Positions 40,001 through 51,048 of a stretch of DNA of 64,000 nt are shown here, one piece after another (position 1 is the stretch's first letter; every line of letters begins with the position of its first letter). The DNA comes from a virus, in the IMG/VR virus record IMGVR_UViG_3300032307_000731, positions 32,001-96,000 of that record; one strand, 5' to 3'. The notes under the pieces were generated by a model that had not been told where the DNA came from, did not search any database, and saw only the letters and a program-made list of their open reading frames with translations. Position numbers and translations under genes: made by a program.

Positions 40001-42051
40001 TAAATAACCCAACAACTACACCGCCAGCACAATTTACTACCGTTCTTGAGGGTAATAAAGTACTGAAAACGGTTAAAGAAGAAGTTGTTAGTCAAGAGTA
40101 CAAACCTAGAGATAATATTACTAAAAGAGTTTTAAGAGCGTTATTATCAGAATGTGATTATTTTGAAACAATAAAAGCAGAAACACCTATGGTTTATGAT
40201 AACTTGAGAGATAAATTAAAATTCTTTCAACCTGCATTCCATTCAACAACTCCTGAAGGATTGAACTCTCGTCTAACATTTTTACAACAATGTTTGAGAC
40301 CGGGGGATACTATTCCAACAATTAAAGATGTGAATGGTAGTCAACAATTGCAATATAATAATGCGACTAACACCTCTTTTGGTGCACCTCCAGTATTGGT
40401 ACTACGTGTTGGAGATTTTTATAACACTAAAATAATACCAACGTCATTGTCATTACAATATGAATCACTTGATATCAATCCTGAGGGTATTGGTATTCAA
40501 CCTATGATTGCAAATGTGACAATGGGATTTAATTTTGTTGGTGGTAGTGGATTAAAAGAGTCAATTGATAAGTTACAAAATGCATTAACGTTTAATTATT
40601 ATGCTAATACTGAGATTTGGGACGATAGAGCCGATGTTACGTCAAATGAAGAATTCTTAAAATCGTTAGATAAAGAATTTTTGGCGATGGCACCACCTCC
40701 ATCACCACCTACATTGAATCAGGCAGAGGTTGAAAATGGTCAAAATAATAATAGTGCTATTGGAACAATTACAACAAATGAGATTACTGCAACTGAGGAA
40801 AAAGGTACTTTAAATTATTCTGATTTTATGGTTAAAGTTGTTAAAGAAACTCAAACTTATTTCCAAACAATTGTTAATAAGACAAAAGAAAGTGTTAATC
40901 AATATAACAACGCTGTTCGTCAACAATGGATGTTAGAAAGGTCATATACTCAAGGTAATATTAGAACATCTGAGAATCCAACTGTGTTATTTGGAAAACC
41001 AAGTAATGTTGAAAAAAGATTTGATGAAATTTTTGCGTCATTACAGAAGAACATTTCAGATGGAGATGAAGGTTTTATACAATGGATGTCTTCTCCTTCA
41101 TTTGGGTTTTCAACTAAAGTAATTCGACAACTTAAGGATAATTACATTAATTTAGTTAAAAACAAAAGAGGTTCATTCCAAAATGCAATTAGCAAGATAA
41201 CTCAGGATGTTACTAATGTTGAACAAACTTATATCCAAACATTAGGTAGAGCTAATACTATTATTTTCCAAGGAATGACTGATATGGGTACTGATGGATA
41301 TCAGTCAAAATCGGGGCCTGTTAGGGTTTATAATACAAGTGGTACAACAAATGTTAATATTACATCAAATGGTGCCGCTAACACATTAATTGAATTAGTT
41401 AATGATATCAATACAATTAAATCGGGTATTACTGAATTTAATAAAATTATTTCGAGTACTTATGATTTCACGTATGAGGGACAAAAATATACCGGTATTT
41501 TAGTTTATGGAACTGACACTAAAGGTAAAACGGGTACTGACGCACCTACGGTTGAAAAAGTGTTTAATCCTTTTAGTAAAAATAATGACTTCCAAAATGA
41601 TATTTTTAAACGAGTTTATATGATTATTTCAGATGATATTCTTGATACTAAAAAATATGAAACATTTAAAACTGCGATGATTGGTAATATAATTGGTAAC
41701 GCTAGTATTATTGGAACCGGATTTGATGATATTGAGAAAAAATTTGATGATTATTGGTTGGTTAAAACAAAACCATTATTCTTAAATGAAACAAATATTA
41801 CAAAATCATTTATTGATAATATTGAGAAAACACCATTAAAAGATTTCTTAATATACACACCTTTTGATAAAAAATCTAGAGAGTTTTTTTATACAACATT
41901 AAGTAACGCTACTGATAATAAAAAGAAATCTCAAGAAACAATGATTTCATCATTGGGTGATACGACAAATAGGAATACAGACATAAACAAATGGAATAGT
42001 GAAGATGGAGTTAATTCATTGGCATATATTTCAAAAGTAAAACTTAATTAA
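37021..42051 (+). CDS. large baseplate/tail-initiator protein with an internal OmpA-C-like domain
   Basis: WNTSEFLGRPEPIYTYKNTSR, PPVLVLRVGDFYNTKII; FYFEND...YNVELAKRRIESA. Confidence 0.6.
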   Translation: MSNSPLDLINSDAFRKKLITRNLVPYAKSPNRPSVQVPYEHIQSDLSVIDSPDQLIDVPSFANQLYPLNRYGNEGGYEQVPDPNGLTNTISNQGEYGPGQQDAHIVDEGYDAVRLWRPLNAYADGLNVFDSAESFSSLETVRPDQDRQSNGQPYPGPIVASSYSPLSILLSTNPTGSNGNLSQDSYIARLGAQTLRNEFQERIAARIRLETIGQANILNVTSGTDLVNILSGQVPILEPNWQITVPANPITAAADFALRLGGSILPVSLIPGSYFDPTINPGQPTTIQQVTNAIAGTGIGNFFNQLLGGTQTGSQIFYNNTGAGQKSRLFKNIDYNRYKPNFVRGVFDRLLGAITGTLSDNSNYYVGSITSEPSRVFSPGGDLPVDQFGKEQQSPVYGPQELAQLYEGPSKEVRLGANGPTYSNGGGIEGGFTWVSPKYKDNAGKKVGLGGVVTNEDEDFKPSSYNTTESTNITFKGGSILDDTQRIINSQPQGGRRLQHVGNAIDQVSKVFHDGYKEITKGSRVYRYVGAVGQEVGTEYCRIFAKDLPYLQYNDLQKVDGITTSGRRFSDSVFDNTYNLNIAPNKQEGGQDSTNLIGTENNAYAKKYMFSLENLAWRTSSTPGYAVSDLPVCERGPNGGRVMWFPPYGLTFSEQVSANWNTSEFLGRPEPIYTYKNTSRTGTLTWKIVVDHPSSLNVVVNKVLANETNKVRIDSILDSFFAGCRKYDLYELAKKYYTVNPNDLYLLQQAITSKETTKEQTEYIKKTIQTGNNSTTGADTNVSQASSVDLFGKYKDLGFYFENDYPQKNNVSAYPSQYNLYIGNKSVYNSKPNAAQTSEVFETVVTPNYEVMKQLAVDIGKQLSANTQGIVTITIDASCSAPATPSYNVELAKRRIESAIKFFQENENTKKEFGKRLLVNEGRSLGEQTTTLPLASKSRQAPYTLPFVSKQSVNCTDQDSSVVGGDIKVGAKEVYTYGAMACRRAYISSIKSTLNNPTTTPPAQFTTVLEGNKVLKTVKEEVVSQEYKPRDNITKRVLRALLSECDYFETIKAETPMVYDNLRDKLKFFQPAFHSTTPEGLNSRLTFLQQCLRPGDTIPTIKDVNGSQQLQYNNATNTSFGAPPVLVLRVGDFYNTKIIPTSLSLQYESLDINPEGIGIQPMIANVTMGFNFVGGSGLKESIDKLQNALTFNYYANTEIWDDRADVTSNEEFLKSLDKEFLAMAPPPSPPTLNQAEVENGQNNNSAIGTITTNEITATEEKGTLNYSDFMVKVVKETQTYFQTIVNKTKESVNQYNNAVRQQWMLERSYTQGNIRTSENPTVLFGKPSNVEKRFDEIFASLQKNISDGDEGFIQWMSSPSFGFSTKVIRQLKDNYINLVKNKRGSFQNAISKITQDVTNVEQTYIQTLGRANTIIFQGMTDMGTDGYQSKSGPVRVYNTSGTTNVNITSNGAANTLIELVNDINTIKSGITEFNKIISSTYDFTYEGQKYTGILVYGTDTKGKTGTDAPTVEKVFNPFSKNNDFQNDIFKRVYMIISDDILDTKKYETFKTAMIGNIIGNASIIGTGFDDIEKKFDDYWLVKTKPLFLNETNITKSFIDNIEKTPLKDFLIYTPFDKKSREFFYTTLSNATDNKKKSQETMISSLGDTTNRNTDINKWNSEDGVNSLAYISKVKLN

Positions 42052-42374
42052 TGGCTTTTCAATATTGGAATAGATACAGTGAATTTTTAATTAACGGTGA
42101 ACAAACCGTAGTTCCATATGTGCAACTACCTCAAAAAACTACCGACAAAGCTTATATCTATAAAGTTGCTAAAAGTAGATTGGATAAAGTTTCACAGGAG
42201 TATTACAATTCACCATACTTTAGTTGGTTAATTTTACAAGCTAACCCTCAATTTGGTGGGTTGGAAAATAATATATATGACGGGGCTATCTTGATAATTC
42301 CATTTCCTTTACTACCATCTTTACAGGATTATAAGGCAGCGTTAGAAAATCATTTTTATTATTATGGCAGGTAA
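42051..42374 (+). CDS. LysM-like baseplate protein (gp53/tail X-like)
   Basis: RLDKVSQEYYNSPYFSWLILQANP...GAILIIP. Confidence 0.7.
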   Translation: MAFQYWNRYSEFLINGEQTVVPYVQLPQKTTDKAYIYKVAKSRLDKVSQEYYNSPYFSWLILQANPQFGGLENNIYDGAILIIPFPLLPSLQDYKAALENHFYYYGR

Positions 42375-45300
42375 CTTACAAGCAGACAACAGCGGAGATA
42401 TTTTAGTTGAGTTTGATTACAACAATATCATTGTAGTTGACCCAAATAAAACAATTGACTCTCAAGGTAAAATTCAAGAAAGATTGGTTGACCATGAGAG
42501 TTTGGTTATGTATGCAAATTTGGAAGCAGAAGTTCTTCCAAGAACTAAACTAGCGGTAGGGGGTAGTCCTGAAGATAGAATTAGAACCATTTCTGTTGCC
42601 AAAATGAATTTTTTAAAACCAACCAAAGATTCGTTTTTAGGTGTGGGTTACTATGATGAGTTAACCGGAGAAAATTCAACCAAATTTAAAGGTGCTAATC
42701 AAATGATGGAAAAGGCGGTTGACCCAAAAAATGGTGACACCCCTTATATTATTAGTTCTCCTGCAAATTTAAAAGATGTTTTCGATAATGGTTTATTAGG
42801 TATTACACAGATTAATGTTACTACTAATTCATCATTTGTTCCTTCAGTTACAATGGAATTAGAAGATGTTCAAGGAAAGGCGTTATTTCAATTGGGTAAT
42901 AATTCACCATACGCGGCGTTTTTTAATTTACCATATCCACCATTTTATTTAACACTTAAAGGTTACTATGGTCAGGCGATTAGATATCAATTAAATTTAG
43001 AGACTTTTAACGCTCGATTTAATTCATTTAGTGGAAATTACCAAGTTAGTTTAAAGTTTAAAGGGTACAAGTTTAATGTTCTAAATGAAATATCAATGGG
43101 ACATTTACTTGCAGTGCCACACATGTATGGTCAAAGATTTGACATATCTACAACTCCAGGGGGTACTCAAGAATCTAACAAACAAGCAGAATCTCAATCT
43201 AACGTTGAGGGTAGGGCATCTCAAAATAATGCCTTAAGCCAAGATGAGGTTGTTACTCAAATTGTTTCAGAAAAAGGTTATCAGAAAATTATTGAGGTTT
43301 ATAGTGAATATAAATCTAAAGGATTAATTCCTGCTAATTTACCTGAATTAACTTTATTTCAGTTAATGACTAAATTACAAACATTTGAGAATAATATAAT
43401 GGCATCTTTTCCTCGTGCAAAAGTTGCTCCTCTTACTAATATTAGAAGTTATAAAGAAGTTCTGAAACAATACTTTGATGCTGTTAGAGGTTCAAATCTA
43501 TCATGGTTTAATAAATATTTAAATCCAAAACCTATTGTAACTAATGGGAATGAAAAAATATATGTATTTAAAGAACTTAGCCGAGAAGATAAGGACTATG
43601 CGATAACATTGTTGGAATCTTATATAAAAAAATTCAATAATGCTTTGTCTGAAAACGCTACTTTAGGTAAGAATGGTGAATCTCCAATTGTTAATCCAAT
43701 AGCGTTAAAAACGATTGAGATAGACCCACCAACAGATGAATCTATTAATTGGAAAGAAACTGTTAGGTTACAAACAGGTAAAGTATTACCAACCATTGAG
43801 GATGAACAAAAAGTTAAAGAATTGATTTATCTTACAAAAATACCTGCAGCAGCAAAAACAGAAACCAATGGTAAAACATCGGTTGATATAGTTAATACAA
43901 AATTTTTCATATTTGAAGGTAATGGTCGATTTGACAATCAAATATCATTAATAGAGGCACAGGCAAATAAAAAATTGTCAGAATATGAGGCGTCAATCTC
44001 AGCTGAATTGTTAAGGAAAATTGAAGATACTGATACAGGTCTTGGATTTAAACCAACGGTTAGAAATATGATTGCGGTTGTAATGGCTTCAGCAGAAGCG
44101 TTTATTCGTTTAATGGATGACGTTCATACTAACGCATGGAATGTAAAATATGACCCAGTTAGAAAACAGGCGATATTAGATAATCCTTCATCGGCTCCAA
44201 GTTCGGAGACAATACAAAAAGTGGCCATTACAACAGAGGCTCAACAATCAAATCAAGGTTTAAGTAATTCTGAAATACCTGTTTATCCATGGCCGTTATT
44301 TTTTGTTGAAACACCTGAAGACACTAAAGGAAGATTTCAATTGAAATACATTGCGGACCCATCAGTTGTTGACTTAACCCAAGGTTATTTATATGACAAA
44401 TGGCCTGAGGTTGAATTTGTGGAAGAATATATGATTGGTTTAACTCAAAAATTTAGTCAACCGTCAGCACCACCACCATTAGATAATCAAAGAGATACTA
44501 ATAGGATTAATATTAATGCAATTGAATTTCCATCAGAAGGATTACCTTATGTTAACAAAGAAGAAGTTAAGTTCTTTTATGAAATATGGGAAAGACAATT
44601 TTTAACATCACATTATTCAAATTTAATTAGGGCTAATCAAAATCAAATTGATTCATTAATTAAATTAAACTCTGAGGCAGAGGTTAATAATATTGTTAAA
44701 GGAATTGGTGTGAGTTCTCCATATTTAAGTTTAAAATTAAAAAATTACGATTTAAATGCTTCAAATTATCAGGAGTTTTTAAAAACTATTTCAAATTCAG
44801 GAACCGGTAGAGCTTATCAAGATTATATCAGAGATTTTTTTGTTACACCATACATTAGAAATTTAACAGAAAATTCTTATAGTATTTTAAGTGTTAACGA
44901 TATCGGTAAGCTACCTCAATCAAGTACTAAATCAGATGCGTTACAATCTTTATTATTGAATGCGTCTAATGAGCCATTGGTTATTGATACGTTACCTTAT
45001 ACAGACCCGACATGGTGTTTAAATAATTTAAGTTCAAGTAACAAATCGGTTGGAAATGAAGTTTTTAATACAAAACAAACTTTAAAAGTTTTTGAACCAA
45101 GAAAAGTTATTGCAAATTTCACAGACGTATATGATTTTACTACTAATAGACCTGTAACGAATTTTTCTTTTTATCAAAATCAAAATCCTACTGTGTTTGC
45201 AATACTAGGGTTAAATGGTTTTTACGAGTCTCGAACACCAAAAACTTTTGTGGCGACCGAAGGGTATTGTGATTACACAACCCCAACAAATGCGTTACCA

Positions 45301-48300
45301 TTTAGAACTACAACTTCAATATTGAACACACCTTATTTTGTTAATTCAATTCAAAATGGTGTGCAAAATATTAGAACAAGTGACCCATATCCGTTTGTTC
45401 AATCCGCTTATTTGTTTTTGAATTCATTACCATTGGCATCATTAAGAGAACGATATAAAACATTGTCAAATGACATTACAACTGACTTAGATTATATATC
45501 GTCATGTTTTAATAAGTTTGGTGCAATTCACAAATTACCATATGCTTGGATTTTAAAATATGGTTCTGTTTGGCATCGTTATAAAAAATATAAGGAGTCA
45601 AATACAGATATTTTAGATAGTGCTTGGAAGAATTTTGATTATAGAACCAATTATAGTCCTATTTTAAGTTCAATTACTCAAACATATGACTTTAAAATAA
45701 ATGACACACCAACAAGTATTACATTACAACAAGAGGATTCAAATAGTGTTAAAATGCAAATCGGGTTTTATCCTAAAGTTGTAAATGACTTTAATGTTTT
45801 TTATAAAGGTTTTGAGTTATACGATGAATATACTAATAGTGAAATTCAAAGTAGTGTTAATAATGGGATGAAAATTTATAATTTTGAAAACTCAAATATT
45901 ACTGCGAATCGAAGTAATAGAACGTTAAATTTATTTACATATTCTGTATTGTTAGAAAATAAAGATTTTGGTACTGAAGTAGATTGTGACCCTACTAATA
46001 ATACTAAAGGTGTTGAATATTTTGTTGTACCTTCTTTTGGTACTTTTTATAACCAAACTCAAATTGCTTGTGTTGAAAATTTAACAACAACTAATAATGC
46101 TGTAGTTGATTTTACCTTTAATCCAAACATATATAATGGTTCAGTTAGAACTTTATGGTCTGCACCAAATTATGGTTATTTTGATAATAGTCAGATTAAA
46201 TACCCTCAGCCCGACTCATATTTAAATTTTATTAATAATGGAGAGGAACAATCCCCTATGTCGTTATTAAATGAGGATAAGTATAGTAAAATTGAAGAAA
46301 TGTTCTCAGTATTTGAGAAGAAAATTTTAGACTCATTCGAACAAGAGTTTTTAAATTTCTGTAAGCCAATTACTGACATTTCAACAATAAAAGAAACAAC
46401 TTCTTTTTATACTTCAACAGTTGATGATAATAATAATTTTAAAAATTTCCAATCAGTATTTAGAGGATTGATGTCCGTTCCTGCAAAACCGGCGGGTGTA
46501 AATGAAGACGAATATTTTAATAATACAATTACTAATCAATACAATACATTCCAAGGTGGTATTAAAGATTTTATGAATTATGATGTTTTATTTAGATATG
46601 GTAATCCATCTGATTATAGAAGAAGACTTTTTAACTCTTATTTATCTCATAATAACACTCAAAAAGTTGTTGACCCTGTTAAATTTAGACCTTACGTTCA
46701 AAATACTCTTCCAACAAATGGAGGAACGTTAACGGTTTCTCAATCAAAAGGATTAAATCCTAACGCGTGGCTAGCACTTGAAACTGAAGTTGGATTTTCA
46801 ACAATAAGAAATGTTGAGTATAGTAGTACCGGTTCATATATAACGGATTTCTTTGTAAATAATAATATTGAATTTACAACAGATAATGTTGTTTTATTGG
46901 CACCAATAATTAAGATGTACGCGACTCAAAAATTGAAAAACCCAACAATTACGGTTGGTCAATTCCAAAATCAGATTAATCAGTACTTAAACAATGAAAG
47001 TGTATTACAAGACAATTTCTTAAATTTAGTTTTAGATGGTGTTCGTAGACAACTACCTAATCAACAACAATTACCGGAAAGAGCTATTAGAAGTGCGATT
47101 GATGGAGAACAAAGTAAAGTTGAGAATTACGAAGTGTTCAAATCTCTTAATGATAAATGGATTGCAGGTGGTGACTATAAAACAAAAACATTATTTGAGG
47201 ATATGTTATTTTTAGATAGGGCATCAAGAAATATTGGTGATACTATCATATTAAATATCTTTGATATACAAGGAATGTTTGGGGTTGGTGGTAAAGATGG
47301 TGATTATTCTTTAAACCAAGCAATGAGTGTTTACACCTTTATTAGTGGACTATTGATTAACAATAATTTCACAGTAATGAATTTGCCGGCATATATTAAT
47401 TTTTATAATGTTCAAGATGTTGATGGAACGGTTATTCCAAATAAATCAGAAGGTTCGTTAGGGTTTGCTAATAGTATGTGGGGAACATTCTTGGATGTTG
47501 ACTATAGAAAATCAAGTCCAAAAATGGTTTGTTTTTATGTGGGTAAACCATCTCAGTATTTGGATTTACCAAAAGGTAATTTTAGATTTAGGGATGATGG
47601 TTTTGAAATGAGAAGAGCGTCTGAAAATCCATTAATTGAAAATCAACAGGGTAAAAAAGATTGGGCTTTATCTAACAAATGTGTTGGTTTTAATGTTGAT
47701 ATTGGAACTCGTAATCAAAGTATATTTTATTCATTTAGTGTTTCCCAAGATAATGGGACTGCCACATCAGAATCGATAAATGCTCAAATTAATATGGTTG
47801 ACCAAGCATCAGGAAAAAATGTTACAACCCAAAACGCAAGTTTATATAATCTATACAAACAGAGAAGTTATAAATGTTCTGTTGTTTGTTTAGGAAATGC
47901 GTTATTACAACCAACCATGTATTTTAATTTAAGACACGTCCCAATGTTTAATGGACCATATATGATACAACAAGTTGAACATAGTATTCAACCGGGTCAA
48001 TTCCAAACATCATTTCAAGGTATTAGACAAGGAGTGTATGATTTACCAGCAATAGATAATTTCATTCAAAGTATTAATCAAAACTTATTAACTAAATTAG
48101 AATCGATTCTTAAGATTAAGAAAGACGTTATTAATGTGTTATCAGCATCAACAGATTCTAGTAAGAGTAATAATATTCAACAAAGTTCTAATACGACTAA
48201 AGCGGCTTCAAATACTTGTAGTAGTAAGGTTCTTCCGGTATATCTTAATGCCGGATATAATGTGGTTGATGCAACGAAAACTAGTCCTACTGAGGCAGAA

Positions 48301-50058
48301 TTTGCAGCGGCACTTAAGAGATTGATACCAAATCTACCGGTACTTCAAACTATTATTTATTGTATCTCTTATGCTCGTTCATTTGAAAAAATCAGTAATA
48401 GTAAAGCGGGTAAATTTAATGGGTGGAATAATAATTTGGCGTCAGTTTCATTAGATATTGACTATGGGGCTACATCAACATCATTCTTAAAAACATATTC
48501 TTGTGTTAACGTTCAAACCAATCCATCGACTAATAGTTCATTACCGATGGCAAGTTTTTCAACAATTGATACATATATTAATTTTATGAGAGATAGGTTA
48601 ATTAATAATATAGATAGAGTTTTAGATGATGGTTTGGTAAAATACTATGTTTGTTATTACCCTAAAAAGAATGTTGCACCAACTTATTACGATACACATA
48701 TTAATGAGTATAAAACTTTAAAAACTACAATGGAAAAGGCGTTAAATTCCGCTCTTAGTGTTAAGGTTGCGACTAAAGAAATTGTATCTGATTTATTAAA
48801 CCAAATAAATGAAACCGATAATAATGGTAGTAGTCCGGGTGTTACACCGACACCTTCACCGATTCCACCATTACCTGGCCAATCTTGTCCACCACCGGTT
48901 ATATCATCGTTCTCACCATTATCAGGTAATACAGGAACGATAGTACAACTTAATGGTAGAAACTTTAATGGTGTTAAATCGGTTAAAGTTAACGGAGTTG
49001 AGGTTGGAATGACAGGTATAACGGTGTTTAACGATTCAACGATGAGAATTATTACGCCTAAATTCTTACCTGATAATGTGGTTAAGAAAGGGTTTATTGT
49101 TGTCACTACTGATTTCGGTACATTTACAACAATTGACCAATTTACCTATGACCCTGCATTACCAGCATCTGCAGCGGCATCACCGGGGGGTTATCAAAAT
49201 CCTCAAAATCAAACTGCAAATACCCCTCAAACTGAGACTGTAAATACTAATCCTCAGACTGTGGGTAATATTACTATGATTGGTACCGCGGTTCAGTTAA
49301 ACGCTAGTAAAACTCAATCATTAAATGTTAAGATAAATCCACAGGAAACTGGGTGGGTATTATCACCTAATCCTGATATGAAATATGTAGTGTATGAATT
49401 AGAGGAAGTTAACGGTCAAGTAACTCGAAAATATATTTCACAAAGTGTGATAGGTGTTGGAGGACAAGTAACAAATAATCAATTCAATGTTACCTTAAGT
49501 GATGTTGAATCTTATTTTATAACTAATATCCCTAAAATTGAAGGTAAAACACAGATTGATATTGTGTTTATTCTTAAAGCATATAAAGGACAAGAACAAC
49601 CTGTGGTACAACAATTCCCGTTCAGAGTTTGGTATACATTACCAAATCAATCTCAGGTTCCTGTTGATAATATCCCAACTAGTCAAACATTACCAACATT
49701 CCCACCTCAAAAAATTGCTTTAATTAAAATAGGTGAGTCTACTGAGTTACAAGGAAGTGGTTGGAGTTATTATAATATTAAAAAACCAGATGGAGGATAT
49801 ATTACATATCAATTAACAACTGAAGAACCATTTGAAGAACGAAAAGCTATTAATAATAGAGTTTTAGATGCGGCGACTTATGATATTGTAAATTTTGGGG
49901 GTAGTGGAAGTGTTGCAACTCAATACACTAATTTAATCAATATTAATAAATTAGGAAGTTTTAGATTACAAGTACAATATAAACCATATGGTAATACATC
50001 TCCAATTGGTGGAGAAATTTTAACTCAAACCATATTAAGTGATGTTTTCACTTTATAA
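42364..50058 (+). CDS. very large baseplate hub protein with a C-terminal IPT/TIG domain
   Basis: 2564 aa; hub-like LGNALLQPTMYFNL..MFNGPYMIQQVEHSI; IPT/TIG PVISSFSPLSGNTGTIVQLNGRNF. Confidence 0.65.
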   Translation: MAGNLQADNSGDILVEFDYNNIIVVDPNKTIDSQGKIQERLVDHESLVMYANLEAEVLPRTKLAVGGSPEDRIRTISVAKMNFLKPTKDSFLGVGYYDELTGENSTKFKGANQMMEKAVDPKNGDTPYIISSPANLKDVFDNGLLGITQINVTTNSSFVPSVTMELEDVQGKALFQLGNNSPYAAFFNLPYPPFYLTLKGYYGQAIRYQLNLETFNARFNSFSGNYQVSLKFKGYKFNVLNEISMGHLLAVPHMYGQRFDISTTPGGTQESNKQAESQSNVEGRASQNNALSQDEVVTQIVSEKGYQKIIEVYSEYKSKGLIPANLPELTLFQLMTKLQTFENNIMASFPRAKVAPLTNIRSYKEVLKQYFDAVRGSNLSWFNKYLNPKPIVTNGNEKIYVFKELSREDKDYAITLLESYIKKFNNALSENATLGKNGESPIVNPIALKTIEIDPPTDESINWKETVRLQTGKVLPTIEDEQKVKELIYLTKIPAAAKTETNGKTSVDIVNTKFFIFEGNGRFDNQISLIEAQANKKLSEYEASISAELLRKIEDTDTGLGFKPTVRNMIAVVMASAEAFIRLMDDVHTNAWNVKYDPVRKQAILDNPSSAPSSETIQKVAITTEAQQSNQGLSNSEIPVYPWPLFFVETPEDTKGRFQLKYIADPSVVDLTQGYLYDKWPEVEFVEEYMIGLTQKFSQPSAPPPLDNQRDTNRININAIEFPSEGLPYVNKEEVKFFYEIWERQFLTSHYSNLIRANQNQIDSLIKLNSEAEVNNIVKGIGVSSPYLSLKLKNYDLNASNYQEFLKTISNSGTGRAYQDYIRDFFVTPYIRNLTENSYSILSVNDIGKLPQSSTKSDALQSLLLNASNEPLVIDTLPYTDPTWCLNNLSSSNKSVGNEVFNTKQTLKVFEPRKVIANFTDVYDFTTNRPVTNFSFYQNQNPTVFAILGLNGFYESRTPKTFVATEGYCDYTTPTNALPFRTTTSILNTPYFVNSIQNGVQNIRTSDPYPFVQSAYLFLNSLPLASLRERYKTLSNDITTDLDYISSCFNKFGAIHKLPYAWILKYGSVWHRYKKYKESNTDILDSAWKNFDYRTNYSPILSSITQTYDFKINDTPTSITLQQEDSNSVKMQIGFYPKVVNDFNVFYKGFELYDEYTNSEIQSSVNNGMKIYNFENSNITANRSNRTLNLFTYSVLLENKDFGTEVDCDPTNNTKGVEYFVVPSFGTFYNQTQIACVENLTTTNNAVVDFTFNPNIYNGSVRTLWSAPNYGYFDNSQIKYPQPDSYLNFINNGEEQSPMSLLNEDKYSKIEEMFSVFEKKILDSFEQEFLNFCKPITDISTIKETTSFYTSTVDDNNNFKNFQSVFRGLMSVPAKPAGVNEDEYFNNTITNQYNTFQGGIKDFMNYDVLFRYGNPSDYRRRLFNSYLSHNNTQKVVDPVKFRPYVQNTLPTNGGTLTVSQSKGLNPNAWLALETEVGFSTIRNVEYSSTGSYITDFFVNNNIEFTTDNVVLLAPIIKMYATQKLKNPTITVGQFQNQINQYLNNESVLQDNFLNLVLDGVRRQLPNQQQLPERAIRSAIDGEQSKVENYEVFKSLNDKWIAGGDYKTKTLFEDMLFLDRASRNIGDTIILNIFDIQGMFGVGGKDGDYSLNQAMSVYTFISGLLINNNFTVMNLPAYINFYNVQDVDGTVIPNKSEGSLGFANSMWGTFLDVDYRKSSPKMVCFYVGKPSQYLDLPKGNFRFRDDGFEMRRASENPLIENQQGKKDWALSNKCVGFNVDIGTRNQSIFYSFSVSQDNGTATSESINAQINMVDQASGKNVTTQNASLYNLYKQRSYKCSVVCLGNALLQPTMYFNLRHVPMFNGPYMIQQVEHSIQPGQFQTSFQGIRQGVYDLPAIDNFIQSINQNLLTKLESILKIKKDVINVLSASTDSSKSNNIQQSSNTTKAASNTCSSKVLPVYLNAGYNVVDATKTSPTEAEFAAALKRLIPNLPVLQTIIYCISYARSFEKISNSKAGKFNGWNNNLASVSLDIDYGATSTSFLKTYSCVNVQTNPSTNSSLPMASFSTIDTYINFMRDRLINNIDRVLDDGLVKYYVCYYPKKNVAPTYYDTHINEYKTLKTTMEKALNSALSVKVATKEIVSDLLNQINETDNNGSSPGVTPTPSPIPPLPGQSCPPPVISSFSPLSGNTGTIVQLNGRNFNGVKSVKVNGVEVGMTGITVFNDSTMRIITPKFLPDNVVKKGFIVVTTDFGTFTTIDQFTYDPALPASAAASPGGYQNPQNQTANTPQTETVNTNPQTVGNITMIGTAVQLNASKTQSLNVKINPQETGWVLSPNPDMKYVVYELEEVNGQVTRKYISQSVIGVGGQVTNNQFNVTLSDVESYFITNIPKIEGKTQIDIVFILKAYKGQEQPVVQQFPFRVWYTLPNQSQVPVDNIPTSQTLPTFPPQKIALIKIGESTELQGSGWSYYNIKKPDGGYITYQLTTEEPFEERKAINNRVLDAATYDIVNFGGSGSVATQYTNLININKLGSFRLQVQYKPYGNTSPIGGEILTQTILSDVFTL

Positions 50059-50090
50059 CATAACGATATATTTATAATAAAAACAATTTT

Positions 50091-50315
50091 ATGAACATAA
50101 AATCAGCATTAGATAATTATCTTGGGAAATCTACAAGAATTTCTCAAACAGATAATGGAGACGGAACACAACAGGTTTGTGATTTAGATACCGGAGATTG
50201 TTATACAATCAGAGAAAGAGATGGTCTTATTGAACGAGCAGGACACCAAACAACTATTAATAGAAAAGTTAGAGTTGAAACAGCTGGTGGAATTAAACAA
50301 TTATTAAACGGATAA
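50091..50315 (+). CDS. hypothetical protein
   Basis: 74 aa ORF with TATTTATA upstream. Confidence 0.7.
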   Translation: MNIKSALDNYLGKSTRISQTDNGDGTQQVCDLDTGDCYTIRERDGLIERAGHQTTINRKVRVETAGGIKQLLNG

Positions 50316-50320
50316 TCGAA

Positions 50321-51010
50321 ATGGGTTTAGACAAAAAATTAATACAAGAGATTACAAGATACCATAGTATTAATAACTATATTATGGAACAGGAGGCTAC
50401 CGATGATTTAGCCGCGTTAACAACACCGGCACCTGAAGGGGAGACGCCAGCGGCACCTGCACCGGCACCATCTGAAGCAATACCACCTGCGGCACCGGGA
50501 GATGCGGCCACTACACCACAACCAATTGATGTTGAGACAGACCCTGATGTTGAGAAAATTGACGATGAAGGAGAATCTGAAGAAACAACTGATGAAAGTG
50601 AAGATAGTGAAGAACTTGAAATTACTGATTTAGTTAATTCTCAAAAAAATATTGAAACAAAACAAGATGAATATTTTGAAAACCTATTCAATCAATTATC
50701 CAACTTAGAATCTAAATTAGGTGAGATGGATAATGTAATGAACAAATTAAATTCACTTGAAAATAAGATTGAAAAATATCGAGAAAAAACTCCTGAAGAA
50801 AAACTTGAATTAAGAAGTTATGATTCATATCCATTTAATCAAAAATTATCTCAATTTTTTGATGACAAACAAGAAGAGATGGAAAAAACCGGAAAAAATG
50901 ATTATGTTTTAACCTCAGACGAAGTTGAAGATATAAATGTGAATGATATAAAAAATTCATTCCAACCTGGTTCTCAAGAAGATGAATATAAAACATCATT
51001 CAAACGATAA
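50321..51010 (+). CDS. acidic, Pro/Ala-rich coiled-coil protein (possible prohead core/internal protein)
   Basis: Low-complexity acidic region followed by heptad repeats. Confidence 0.6.
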   Translation: MGLDKKLIQEITRYHSINNYIMEQEATDDLAALTTPAPEGETPAAPAPAPSEAIPPAAPGDAATTPQPIDVETDPDVEKIDDEGESEETTDESEDSEELEITDLVNSQKNIETKQDEYFENLFNQLSNLESKLGEMDNVMNKLNSLENKIEKYREKTPEEKLELRSYDSYPFNQKLSQFFDDKQEEMEKTGKNDYVLTSDEVEDINVNDIKNSFQPGSQEDEYKTSFKR

Positions 51011-51020
51011 TTAAAAAATC

Positions 51021-51047
51021 AAAGGTGTCTTAACGGACACCTTTTTT
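51021..51047 (+). terminator. Rho-independent terminator
   Basis: AAAGGTGTC-ttaacg-GACACCTTT followed by a T-run. Confidence 0.8.
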
Positions 51048-51048
51048 A

